From positions 108,872,001 through 108,936,000 of the forward strand of contig NC_083227.1 of assembly GCF_032191835.1 (NCBI RefSeq): a stretch of 64,000 bases of DNA, written 5' to 3'. The position numbers were made by a program, and so were the translations under genes. This document shows, piece by piece, positions 24,240-36,761 of the stretch. This stretch comes from Heteronotia binoei. Lineage: Eukaryota. Numbering within the stretch: position 1 is the stretch's first letter; every line of letters starts with the position of its first letter. Below the pieces are notes generated by a model that did not search any database, had not been told where the DNA came from, and saw only the letters and a list, made by a program, of their open reading frames with translations.

Positions 24240-24976
24240 CAGCCCACTAGGATTATTTCCAGTGGCCAATCTGCACCTGTCCTGGTCTGATTTATTTTTA
24301 CTCTATATATCAACACATGACACACACATTAACTGATGAGAGTTCCAACATCACAATTTTAAAATATGACATTAAGTACAGTAAAATGTACTTTTACCTA
24401 TACAGTAACCTCCCTCGAAGCATGTCCGCACTATCTTCTTAGGTTCAGGGAGAAGGTAGCCTCTTCCATGGTAGAGGGTTGCTCATGGCAGGTACATACT
24501 GTGAAATAGCAAGACACTTGTGGGATCAGTGATGAGAAGAGTAGGTAAATTCTATTGTCTTGGGGGTTAAGTTAAAGATTAATGGTGCAAGTGTCAATGG
24601 TAGCACAGAGAGCAAGTCCATCCCTTTCCTGCAAACAGACTAACTTTGATGATTCTCAAGTGGTGGCAGTGAAGCCCCCCCCCCTTTCATTGTGGTAATG
24701 CCTGAGAGCAACCATCAGCTATCCAGTCAGGGCCACATGGCTACTCATAGCTCTGATTCTAGTGCTGAAAATATTGCCTTGTTCCAAGAAGAACAAGAAC
24801 AGAGTGCCTGAGTTCACTCATCACAGAACCTCAAAATGCTCAGAATTCTCATACTGATGAGAAGCAGATATTCCCAAATTAACTTATGTGCCTCCACTCC
24901 TGCATCACACGCCAGCATCAAAAGGCACTTCACCTTGGAAAAGTGACTGCAATTGATACAACTAAATAAAAAAAGA

Positions 24977-25225
24977 AGTCTAGTGGCACCATAAAGACTA
25001 CCAGCATTTCTTTCAATATGACTTTTGTGAGTCACACAGCTCACTTCCTCAGATATGTGCATGGAAATCAAACTGAAAACTTCATTTAAGGGAAACACTC
25101 CAATTGAGTGGGGGAACCTTCCCCTTAAGCAGAATTCCCAGACACATCTGAAGAAAAAAGCTGTGTGACTCACAAAAGTTTGTACTGAAATAAATGCTGG
25201 TAGTCTTCAAAGTGGCACTGGACTT
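24977..25225. mobile_element. Penelope-derived inverted-repeat element (arms about 78 bp, spacer about 90 bp)
   Basis: The arm at 24977-25054 is the approximate reverse complement of about 25146-25224. A shorter palindrome of the same type lies at about 53843-53946. Confidence 0.7.
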
Positions 25226-26057
25226 TTGTTTTGCTTGTAACAGACTACCCCATTTGCAGTTAGCAAAGCTGCCATGCTTCTCCACAATCTCCTCTTCTTA
25301 ACTGCAGGTGGTAGAAATCCCAGGCATATGCTCCTTACATGGTATGTCATTCTAAGGGGCATAAACTCTCGTATCTCCTTCTCTACCTCCTTTCACTTCA
25401 CTCCTTACATGGCACTGCCAGGGGATGGAAGCAGCCCACAACCAACCTAAAGCAATTTGACAAAATGAGAGAGGGGAAAAGAAGTCCCTTTTGTACCAGC
25501 TTCCCTTCATACTGGTAAGCAGGGAAAGGGGTGCTTGACTTGGACTCTTAGCACAGCGAGCTAGCCCTGTCTCAGCTAACAACTGCAGAGAGAAACCTGT
25601 CCTCTTGCCAGTCCCTGGCAACATTCTTCCACTGATACTCTTGCTTGAAATTTGGTGGCCAAACTTGGATCAGCTCCCAAGCCACCCAAGTGAATGCTGC
25701 ACTGAACAAGCCTGTGAATTCTCTTACAGTTGCTTACAAGAGTGCAAAAGGGCTTGTGCCTTATTCACAGGTCCTGGATTTTTGTATATAGCAAAATGTT
25801 CTCCAATAGGTAGATTACTGGCTGCTGTGGATTCAGGTGGATAGCTGTGTTTTAACAGATGCAAGAACCAAACAGGAATAACAAACTAAATTTATATGAT
25901 TACTATTTGTTTGGATTTAACTCCCGGGGGGGGGGGGGGAGGCACTCAGTGAAGCAAATAAATATGTCAGAATTGGAAACTGTTATGTAAATGTATCCTT
26001 TCTAGTTGTGGGATGCTAAGAGTAATTAACTGAGACCCTGTTGTTACTCTCCAGTTT

Positions 26058-26457
26058 GAGAAAGCCAGTTTGGTGTAGTGGTTAAGTGTGTGGACTCTTA
26101 TCTAGGAGAACCGAATTTGAGTCCCCACTCCTCCACTTGCCGCTGCTGGAATGGCCTTGGGTCAGCCATAGCTCTTGCAAGAGTTGTCCTTGAAAGGGCA
26201 GCTTTCTGTGAGAGTCCTCTCAGCCCCACCCACCTCACAGGATATCTGTTGTTGGGGAAGAAGATAAAGGAGATTGTAAGCCGCTCTGAGACTCTGATTC
26301 AGAGAGAAGTTGTTGTTGCTGTTCAGTCACACAGTTGAGTCCGTCTCTTTGTGACCCCATGGACAAAGTCACGCCAGGCCCTCCTGTCTACTACCATCCT
26401 CCGAAGTCTGCTCAAATCAGAGAGAAGGGCGTTGTATAAATCTGTGGTCTTCTTCTT
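26058..26457 (+). mobile_element. Squam3-like SINE, interrupted by a BovB-like insertion
   Basis: Same head, core and tail as the 814 copy; split at 26310-26416. Confidence 0.85.
26310..26416 (-). mobile_element. BovB/RTE-type LINE 3' terminus nested in a SINE
   Basis: Reverse strand reads ...gacaggagggcctggcgtgactttgtccatggggtcacaaagagacggactcaactgtgtgactgaacagcaacaacaa. 11-bp TSD TCAGAGAGAAG at 26299-26309 and 26417-26427. Confidence 0.8.
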
Positions 26458-29400
26458 CCATCCATCTCCTCTCAAGCATGGAGGTAACTAGCAGTATCCT
26501 ATTATCTGAGGTGCAGTGTTATGTCTCCTCTGTAGCTCATGCACTCCCAGATGACCCAAGAAAAGATTGTGGAAAGAGCTGCTGTAGCCTTTTTTAAAAT
26601 ACTTTTGTTTAAGAGGATTTTTCTCTCTGCTCCTTAGCTGGTAGCTTCATTTTCTGAAACTCTTCCTCATCTGTGCTCAGTTTCTGGTAACATGGCAGAG
26701 CTAGCTGGCAATTTCCCGTCACTCAGAAGTTATCTCTCATTAAAGAAAAGGATGCTGACTCCCAATTTAAAATGTTTAGGACTGGAACTCCAGAAAAGGT
26801 CTATGTTAGTTGGGATGGGGGTGAGGGAGGAGGGAGGCCTTTGTATGTAATGAAAGAAGTTGCAGCCCATTCACATAGCAGGTGGGGGGAGGGATCTTGC
26901 ACAATGTCTCCCTCCCTCCCTCATGCCTTGTTGCAGCTGACACACTGTTCATCTTCTTTAATGGTCTGTATAAAGTTGATTCCAACTTAAACTTGAGGGA
27001 CCGTTGGGAACTTGGAGAAGCACCATACCACCGACATGGTTTGTGCTACCTGGGTGACACTCTGGAGACACAACTGCAGCTGGCTACTATGTTAAAATCT
27101 TCTGAGTAAGAACCAGCTATGCCAAGGTCTGATTAAAGTCTTTCCAGAAGGTTGTATTGAGAATTGTATTTCATTTGTTGTTCTTGCTTTTTCAGAAGAG
27201 CACTCCTCTTTTCCTTTTAAAAAAGTTGTGAACTCTAGCAAGGCTCACCCCCCTCCCCCATTTTCAAAATTGACACTGCATTTGTTCTTGGGAGGCTCTG
27301 GGCACCCCCTCTTCAGTACTGGTGCATCTCTCCTGTTTCTCTATATGTGTCAAGTATAGAAGATAGCTATTAGTGTTCCAGTAAAAAGGATATTCTATCA
27401 TTGGCAATGGATTGGCACTAATGTGAATTTAGCATTAATAGAAAAGTGTGTGCTAAAATGTGTCTGGGAAGTCCTCTCCATCATCACTCTGTAGTGGTGT
27501 GGGGGAAAGGAGAGGCTAATCCCACATAGAATATTGGCTTTCTTTTCCTCTGATGAGCTTGCCAAGAATGTTGCTCCCCATCCACCCACCTCAATTTACA
27601 AGCTCTTTCATCAGAGGAGTACATTGGAAATCACTCTCCACCCTCCACCCACCCTAGCCTTTATCATTTCAGGAAGACAAGGATTGTAAGCCTGTTTTTC
27701 TACAGTTTCAGACTGGAATGTTATGTGCTACACAATAAAGTTCAATCTACCCACCTAGCCCACCCCCCCACACACGCACACCCAGATCACCAGATGTCCA
27801 TGCTGTTACACTCTACATAATTTCTCCACTAAGAGAATCTATATGGGTCAGAAATGACAATTATGTTTGTGAGCACAATATTAATGACACATTCCTGGGA
27901 GTAGTCGCATTAAGTGGATGAGCACAGGATGGTACCTTGGGTCTGGTAATATTTGGCAAATATGTATGTGGAGCAGGAGGTGCCACTGTGCTATATCATT
28001 CAGTATGCCTAAAAAACTTTAGTAAATATATGACATTTCTAGAATAAAGAAATATAACTTTTATGACAGACTGTGTATTGTATTTTGTTGTATTCTCTTC
28101 TTGTCTTGGAATACTGCAAAATACATACAGCCTCCCTTAAAAGTCACTGTGTGTTAAGTTTCTTAAATATCACTGAAATCTTAGGGAAATTACAACTTTT
28201 GTCTGTATTTTCCAGATGGGAAATTTGCTTTTGTTGCCAAAGTAATTTATTAAATACAAAACTGTATACAAAACTGTTGCACAGAGTCACCTATATGGAA
28301 CAACCATATCTTGTATTATGAATCATTATATCTAATTCTCAACTTGGCCAAATCTGTGGATACTGTTAAATCCATAAAGTGGAGCCATGATCATACAAGG
28401 CAGCTCCTTCCAAAAACTTGAGAAAAGTCCCAGGTTTGTAAAAAAAAATCTGAAATCTAGCCCCCTAAACAAACATTTAAAAAAAACCCACAACCAAATA
28501 GAAACAGTTTCTGTACTTTTAAGAAAGGAGATCCCATGGGGCCATTGTTGAGGTTGCTAGGATCCACAGTATTATTTCCTGCTTTCAAGCCTTGATTTCT
28601 GTCAGTAAAAGGCAGGTGGAGGGAGCAAGGTTTTAGCCTTTGTAGGAGGCTCAGAAGAGTCAGGCAACCAATGGGTAACTTGCTACCATACAACTTGCAT
28701 GAGTCATAGGATCATCTGGGAAACCCAGGTTCAAATCCCACTCTGTCATGAAAGCTTGCTTGGTGACTTTGGGCCAGTCACTGTCTCTCAGAGCCTAATC
28801 TTCCTCATGGGGTTGTTGTGAAGATAAAATGGAGGAAAGGAAAATGATGTAAACAGCTTTGGGACCCCATGGTGGAGAAAGGTGGGGCATAAATGAAGCA
28901 AATAATATAGCTGAAGATGGGAACCAATAAAAGGTAGATAGGTTGGTTGGTAGGAAAGAAGGAGAGAAAGAAGCATGGGAAGATGAGGATATGGAGGTTG
29001 TTTGGAGGAGGGAAAGAGGAAATATTGGGAGGGAATATAGGAGCAAGTGAGGTCCCCTTGCTGGTTCTCCACCATGCAACTGGGCCTGGCATTTCACAAC
29101 TTGGCCAGACTTTTCTGTGGGAGGAAGAGTTGAAGATGGGGGGGGGGGCAGCAAAAGGTGGAGCTGGTGGTGGGAATTCCTTGTAAGAAGGAATGCCCCA
29201 TTTCACCCTGGAGGACTGGTGTGTACATGCTTTCTTTACTTTATTCAGGTTTAACAGCCTATAAGACATACACCAAGAAAACATTTAATAATTTAAAACA
29301 ACAGCAAAGAAAATGTTTGCCCCATTAACTGTCCATTCTTTACAGAAGCCACTCAAAAATAACATTAATTTATGGGTATCAAAAGTGGCTGAATATTTTA

Positions 29401-30582
29401 ACAATAGTTTTGCAAGTTATATCTCCCTAGCAACAATGTGTTTGGAACAGTAAAAGAAAACGGTACCTACTTTCTTTGAAGCAAGTTCCCCTCTCCTTCA
29501 GTTCTTTTCTATGGTCTGATTTGTTGACTATTGCATGTGGCATTAGCAATGGCAAGTGACTCAATCTCCGTGCTTCTCATGTGTGCCTAATTTTGTGAAC
29601 TTTTAGAAAACATGGTTAGAGACTGTTTGCTCTCAATATCTTGCACTACTCTGAAGCTACCATTAGCCACAGTGTGTGTGTGAAGAAATAGCTGTTCTTT
29701 GAAGTGCCTGATGGGAAACCATACAAGGGAGTGAGGGGCATCTCTATGTGCAGATACTCAGCAAGTACATGTGTACTCAGGTATGTCCAAGCTCTTGGAG
29801 GCTAGGTCCATGAAGAGCAAGAATATATATGAAGGCAGATTGCTGTTGGGTGCAGTAGATGGAGTATGCTTTATGCCTGGAGTGCTGTTGGGCTGGGCAG
29901 TGAGATGTTTACTAGAATATTGTAGAACCAAGGATGGCATCTTATGATTCTAATCTGACATTTTTTATGGAGCTGGAGTACAAAAAAATCCATCTTGCAA
30001 AACTGAATTAATTTTGGTAATTGAGGCCAGCCGTTCTCACAGTATAAGTGAGCCAAAATGGACACTGATTTGCTGACTTGGCATAGCTGTTCCATTTTAC
30101 TGAGAAATTGAGGCTATGAAAATTGGTATTAGTGTAAAAAGAATTAAGGCTAGCAATTTCTGTGCTAAAAAAGTTCTAGCTGCTTTAGTCATGTTCAGAG
30201 ATATCGTTTTTGCAGGCTTGAGGCTTGAGTCATCTGGTAGTTATGAGATGAACCTGGTTAAGTGAAGTGAGGGAACACCACCTTGTGAGGCTGGTACTCA
30301 AGTTGCCACTTTGGTTTCTGGAAGACATCTGTCGCCTTAACAATTGCATGACCAGAAGAAAAAAAAAGTACCGAAGCAGTTTCCCTCCATCACTGCAACT
30401 GCATGCCGGGAGAAGCTTTAGGTCAGTGTTTGACATGCATCCATTAAAGACACAGTATTAAAACAAACTGACAACCATAGTTGAGACAGGAAATTAACAT
30501 ATTATTGAACGTCCCAAGTACAGCACTTTATCCACTCCACACTTTAATATATAGAATACAAAAGCCTTTTAAGAAACCCTTT

Positions 30583-30756
30583 TAAGAACCCTGGCTGGAT
30601 CAGATCAATGGCCCATCTAGTCCAGCGTCCTGTCTCAGTCTCACACAGTGGCCAGTCAGTTCCTCTGGACAGCCAACAAAGCATAGAGGCCAAGACCTTC
30701 CCCTGATGTTGCCTCCTGGCTCTGGGATCCAGAAGCTTAGTGTTTCTGAATCTGGA
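30583..30756 (-). mobile_element. CR1-type 3' UTR fragment
   Basis: ctggatcagatcaatggcccatctagtccagc matches the reverse complement of the CR1 terminal region. Confidence 0.65.
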
Positions 30757-30819
30757 TATATGATATTTTAAATCTCTGGCAGGTATAAGCATTGCTTACT
30801 AATGCCTCAAAGACCCCAG

Positions 30820-31900
30820 TCTAGCCGGTCTAGTAGAGATCACTGCCAGCTGAGTGGAAGAGTGGCGGAAGGCCAATAGCCTCTTACCGCGGCGCGTCAG
30901 TTTCGGATGACCAAGAGTTAAGCGTCCACGATCTCCAATAGAGCTCCGAGCCCGTCTCCAGAAGCCGCAGCGTTTAATTGTTTCCTTTCGCAGAATCCCT
31001 CCCGCCCCCTCCTCTTAGTCCAAGCAAGCAGGGCTGGCTGCATAATAGAAACCAGACTCTGAAGGAAAAGGGATTTGTTCTCCCTCCCCCCGTGTTTTTG
31101 GCCAGCTGCTTTCCTAATGAGCTACAAACCGAGGCGGGAGGAATGTGCGGGGCTTGTGCTGCCATCTGCCGAGCAATACCCCACGCGAGGCCTCGATCTC
31201 TTAAAATCGATGGACCCCGAAAGCGGCATCCAGAACAGAGATAATTAAAGCAGGAGGCGATTATCCCCGATCGCCCCTTTGATACCTGCACAGTGAGAAG
31301 GCGCTGCCTTTGAGCTAGATGGCGTTAGATAACCTCCGTTTAGAGGCTTCACTCCGGGTAGCCAATGGCTCCTTGCGGAAACAAGTAAACTGTATATCTG
31401 AAAGCCAGACTTTCTAGAGAGGAGTGCCCAGCCCCGACACTCACGCCACCCTGGCTTCTTTCTCTTTATCAGCGGGGCACTTAGAATTTGGAAATATTTC
31501 TAATGCGTCTTCACACCCCCCCCCCCCCCTTAGCCCGATTCCTTAACTCTCTACACTTTAGGATGCGTGAACACGGATTATGTTGGCAATCCACCCATCC
31601 CATGTTGGAATGGAAGTGACGTCTCCACTCCGTTCCCATAGGCCAGAAGCTTGGAAAAGGGGCGGTGTTGGGACAAATTCCGCTTTCCCAGGAGCCGGTG
31701 AGTGTATTCTCTTCCATATTTCCTGGCTGAGTTTAAGCCATTGTTCCCGTGTCCGCCTCGCTTTTTCCGTCTTCCCCCTCTTTTGGGGAGAACCCCCCAG
31801 ACGAGAGGGGGAGAAAGGCCGGTCGGTTGCCCCAAACTGGCTGAAGCTATTGCCAGAGAAATACAGTTTCGTTGGGATGTTCATCTTAGTTTGTCAAAGG
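30820..31900. promoter_or_regulatory. CpG island: probable HYAL1 promoter, possibly bidirectional
   Basis: CpG-rich with several CCAAT boxes (about 30873, 30934, 31363). + strand donor CCG|GTGAGT at 31697/31698, about 4 kb upstream of the HYAL1 ATG. Confidence 0.55.
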
Positions 31901-32188
31901 CACATTTAGGAAGTATTTAAACATAAAATGCTTATCACGGTGTTTTAAAAAACAGATCACTTTACGCAGACTCTGCATAAGAACCAATGCAAAAACAGGG
32001 CTTCTGTAACAACCAAATACAAAGATAAGAGTTTCCGGGGTTGAGGGAGAAGGTGATCTTGGGGGAGAACACTTGAGTCTAAAGAAACAGCTTTATACAA
32101 GTCCGAATCCAGTGGCACCTTTAAGACCAACAAAGTTTATTCAAGCTTTAAGCTTTGGTGTGCATGCACACTTCATGAATTCACACCT

Positions 32189-32485
32189 GCAGGAAGTGGT
32201 GGCAGCTACAGGCATAGGCAGCTTCAAGACGGAACTGAATAAATACGGAGCAGAAGTCCATTGGTAGCTATTAGCTGCAAGGTATAGATGGAGGGAACAC
32301 TATCTGGGGCAGTGATGCTCTGTATTCTTGGTACTTGGGGGGCAACAGTGGGAGGGCTTCTGGAGTTCCAGCATCACTGGTAGACCTACTGATGACATCT
32401 GGGTTTTGGGTCATTGTGTGACACAGAGTGTTGGACTGGATGGTCCATTGGCATGATTCAATATGGCTTATTTTAAGTTCTTATG
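32189..32485 (+). mobile_element. CR1 3' end
   Basis: QEVVAATGIGSFKTELNKY plus the same 3' UTR and tail as the other CR1 copies. Confidence 0.85.
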
Positions 32486-32599
32486 AACTGGGCCTCCAAA
32501 GAAACCACAATTGATGGGCAGGTTAATATTGGAGCAGGTGGTCCTTTGAATACTCCAGCCCCAAGCCATTTTTCAAATCTGAGCCAGGAAGCTAGCTGG

Positions 32600-32900
32600 C
32601 AGCCAGTGTGGTTCTTTTAAAACTGGCAAGGTTCACACCTTATAGTTTTGGCTGATCAGCTATGTGGCTGTTGTATCTTTGTACCTGCTGTAGCTTCTGA
32701 ACTGTCTTCAAAGGTCACATTGCAGTAATCTAGCCTGGATGTGATCAAAGTGTGAACAACTTTGGCCAAAACATGCCTCTCAGGGAAAGGCTGAAAGTAT
32801 TGACCAGTGGCCCTACACAGACAAGGCTTGGGATGCTTGTGTTCATCTGTAGATCCAAAGCACCTCCCAAATTGCCAGTTTATTCATCTTGATGGTCAAA
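32600..32900 (-). mobile_element. Old L2 fragment
   Basis: Reverse complement resembles the SRLDYCN region (gcagtaatctagcctggatgtgatc). Confidence 0.5.
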
Positions 32901-33339
32901 GCCAACTTTGTAACTCTGCCCTGCTTTTCTTTATGTAGGTGTATTCATGGGTCACTTTCTCTGTTTTAGTGGTATTATCAGTGGTGTTTGGGGTTTTTTT
33001 GTTTCATAGACTTCCAGTGAAGCAAAAGCAGTTCTCAGAATGATGGATGGTCAGCAATTGTAAATGATTAACAATCTTATGGGAAATGAGTCAGATGATT
33101 TCACTTGAGTTGGTCTTGTGATTGTGAATACTAACATGGGATTAAGCGCTTGAGTAGTCTGTAAAAGGGGAGGAAAATTAAAAAATGGATTAAATGAAGG
33201 GAGAAAAAAGTAGTTTGTCAATGAGATAAATTATCTGGAAAGGTAAACAATGGAAATAATTGGATTTGATGTCTGTCAGAAATCATATTTCTGATTGGAG
33301 TTTCTAGTGGCAGCAAAAGAAATCAAACTGTTGAGAAAA

Positions 33340-33700
33340 TCCTTTATTAGTTGTTCAGTTAAGCATTATTTTTGATAATTTGATAGGCTTAAATTATTAT
33401 AAAATCTTTTAAAATAATCACTGTTTTTCTAAAATACTTTTTCAGTTTCTAGGTTTCTATGATTTTTAACCTTAATTAAAAAATATTCTAAATGAATTGT
33501 CTTGATTATACATGTTTTAAATGACTTTTTAATTGTACAAGTGTATTTTCCTTGATTGTAACGGATCCCCTGACGAAGCCATAGGCAAAATGTGTTGGAA
33601 TCAGGAAGTAATAATGAAAGATTTATTGAACACCTTGATTTCTTTTGCTGCTTCTGCTGGTGTGCCCCTGACTTCTTCACTACTTGTTGGAGTTTCCAGT
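33340..33700 (+). mobile_element. AT-rich Penelope-like pseudo-LTR remnant carrying a decayed hammerhead motif
   Basis: T-rich run leading into gatcccctgacgaagccataggcaaaatgtgttggaatc. Confidence 0.5.
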
Positions 33701-34393
33701 GGTCAGACAGTAAGACTTCAACATGCTCCTATGCATCTGTTGATCTCTGTTCAGTGTTGCACTTCATGCAGACAATTGGCAGATGTCCATAGATGATAAA
33801 TGATCTGTGACCTTGTACATTTTGCTAAAATTGCAAATTGGATCTCATATTTGGAGGGGGGTGTTGATTGCATAATATGCAGAGTAATTAACTCCCATGG
33901 TCAGATTTATTTTTTATTTGTACCCTACCTTTCTCCCCAGTGGGCATCCAGAGAGGCTTACATCATTTCCCTCTCCTCCGTTTTATCCTCAACAGCAATC
34001 GTGTTAGGTAGGGTAGGCTGTGGAAATGTGTGACTGGTCTAAGGTCACCTGGAAAGCTTCCATGGATAGCAGCCTCCTAGATCCCAGTCTGACACTTGAG
34101 CTGCTGTGCCACACTGGCTCCCAGCTGTGCTCAAAGCATCTCTAATAAGCCTTTGCTCTGACTTGTGCTGTTGAATCTTAACTTTTATATGCTCTTGAAG
34201 TTCATGGGAGGAAAGGCATATGGAGGCTTCAGTTTGTGTCTTCTATTTGCCTATGTTTTATCTACTGCCATGAATGTCCCGTCCAGCTGCCATTTAGTCC
34301 TTGAGCTGGCACACAGTGGTGCCATTTTTATGCCAATAACCATTGATTGTTGTGAGCTTCCTCACAACTGTGCTTTTGTTGGACCGCCATGTA

Positions 34394-34510
34394 AAAGGTA
34401 AAGGTAGTCCCCTGTGCAAGCACCAGTCGTTTTCGATTCTGGGGTGACGTTGCTTTCGTAACGTTTTCACGGCAGACTTTTTGCGGGGTGGTTTGCCATT
34501 GCCTTCCCCA
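34394..34510 (-). mobile_element. 5'-truncated Sauria SINE
   Basis: Reverse complement of the 3' half of the 1333 copy. 13-bp TSD ggacc(g/a)ccatgta at 34381-34393 and 34511-34523. Confidence 0.88.
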
Positions 34511-35846
34511 GGACCACCATGTACTCTGGTATAATTGAATTCATAGCACTTTCAGGGTCAGTCCTGCAGAGGCAGCATCACCTGCTTAGATCATGCCAAA
34601 AGAAGATTGAGATGTCTGTGATGCAGGAAGCTGATGAGCCTTGAGTGCCAAGTCTAACCTGAGAGGCCAATAAGGCCTTGGGCATGGCAGAGCAATAGTG
34701 GTATGGTCTAGCAGAAAGGCTGTAGTTCAGTGGTACAGCATCTGCTTGGCATTACAGCAGGTCTCAGTTTCAATGCCCATCCTCACCTCCACTAAAAATA
34801 AAACAGGTAAGTAGATGATGTCAGAAACCTCAGCCTAAGAGTCTGGAAAGCTGCTGCGAGTCTCAGAAAACAATACTGACTTTGATGGACCAATGAACTC
34901 ATTCAGTATAGGACAGCTTTGTGTGTGTGCGTGCGCGCGCACATGCATATAGCTGAAGTACAGATGTGTGGAATGTTTCTGGATATAGGTGTATCAGAAA
35001 GATATCAGTACTCGGCAGCAACTGGGAGCCATGTGTATATCAGTGTCATGTGATCTAACCTTGTTACTAAAGGACAGCTTGATACACCATTCCAGTCTGA
35101 ACTCTCTTTTTCCAGTTTGATCCTGCTGGCATGATTATGAGGTGTGGAAACCAGTTTACATCTCAGTTTGGCTCACTTAGTGGCTTTTGGTGAGCCATTG
35201 TTCTTTGGGACTTATGACACTGGCCTACCATACAGGGCTATTAGGATTACTGAAATAATGGGTGCGAAGTGCATGCAAACACCTTGATCGTGGCAGTTAG
35301 ATCCCTGTTGCTTTGACAATATGCTCACTTGATCCTTTTTCTTTTTTTATATAGGACATCAGTCTCTTAAGGTCATTCATTTGGAATCAGTACAGCATGA
35401 CATACCTGTGATCTGTCAGAAGAAAAAGGACTTTACTTGGAGGAATTACCAAATCTTGTTCTGAAGAAAGTGCAAAAGCAAAGGGGCACAGTCACTGAAA
35501 CAGCTACAATTAAAGGCTAGTGTCAGTATTGTCTTCTTGACATCCTTGAAGAATTCAGCAGTTGCTGTTTGTTGCTTGCTTTAACACAGGAAGTATATGG
35601 AAATAGAAGAGAAGGAGTAAGCAAGAATTTGTAATCTCCTTTGTCACAGCTTCCTCATCTTAGAGGTGAGTTAAAGAAGGGAACTGCTGAGTCGTTCTCT
35701 TTTTCTTTCCCCTTTGTTCACTTCCACGTATGCTGGAATTGGAGTAGTCTTCTGCTTTCATAATTCTGCCAGAAGCAGATGGTTTTGAAGGGAGCGAAAC
35801 AGCAGCACTCTTTCCAGGTATTTCAGTAAATACGTCATTAGAGGTT

Positions 35847-36761
35847 ATGAATATGGCATGTTTAACCGTTTGGGTGTGCTTGTTGAATATTTTCACAATG
35901 GCTTGGACCCATGGAATAGCTAGAGGAGGCCACTTGCTCGAGGATCTCCCATTTCTCACTGTCTGGAATGCTCCAAGTCAAGAATGCCAAGAGAAATACA
36001 ACGTGTCTCTCAACTTAAGGATTTTTGATGTGGTTGTAAACCGGAATGAATCATTCTTGGGCAAGCAAATGACCCTTTTCTACAGCAACAGGTTAGGATA
36101 TTATCCATATTATACCAAGAATGGAACTGTAGTTTATGGGGGTGTTCCACAGAATGCCAGTCTAGAACATCATCTCTGGAAGGCTCAGCAAGACATTAAA
36201 AAAACTATCTTAGAGACCAGCTTCAAAGGCCTGGCAGTAATTGACTGGGAGAGTTGGCGTCCGTTGTGGGTTCGGAACTGGGGCTCCATGGAAATCTATA
36301 AGAATAAATCTATGGATCTGGTGAAGGGTCTGCACCCAGACTGGTCCACTGACAAAGTAGCTAAGAAAGCCCAGCTGGAATTTGAGCAAAGTAGCCAGGC
36401 GTTCATGGAGCAGACTTTGGTACTTGGCAAAACTTTAAGGCCTGGGGGTTTCTGGGGATTCTATGGCTTCCCAAACTGCTATAACTATGAAAACAAACAG
36501 GACAATTACACAGCAGAATGTCCAGAGATTGAGAAGCAGAGAAATGAAAAACTGCAGTGGCTCTGGAACCAGAGTTTGGCTCTCTATCCAAGCATTTATC
36601 TCCCCAAGGAGATTAGACTTCTCAACAAAAGTCTGGAATTTGTCCGTCATCGAGTCCAGGAAGCATTCAGGATGGTGAACCAGACAAGGAATGGCAGCAT
36701 TCCAGTGTTACCTTATGCTTCCATTATATATGAGCATACCCAGATGGCTTTCCTGTCACAG
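35847..36761 (+). CDS. HYAL1: Hyaluronidase-1-like, coding exon 1 (305 codons; the ATG at 35853 has the better Kozak context)
   Basis: Signal peptide, PFLTVWNAPSQEC, GGVPQNASL, AVIDWESWRP (D-x-E at 36243-36251), WGFYGFPNCYNY, ALYPSIY, RVQEAFR, PVLPY. Donor CAG|gtaaac. HYAL1 assignment rests on motif similarity, no GPI tail and position directly after HYAL2; a lineage-specific paralogue is not excluded. Confidence 0.85.

Noticed and set aside
24582-24820. Possible frameshifted ORF across a C10 run
   Set aside because: Even with the frame restored the peptide resembles nothing recognisable, and splice signals are lacking.
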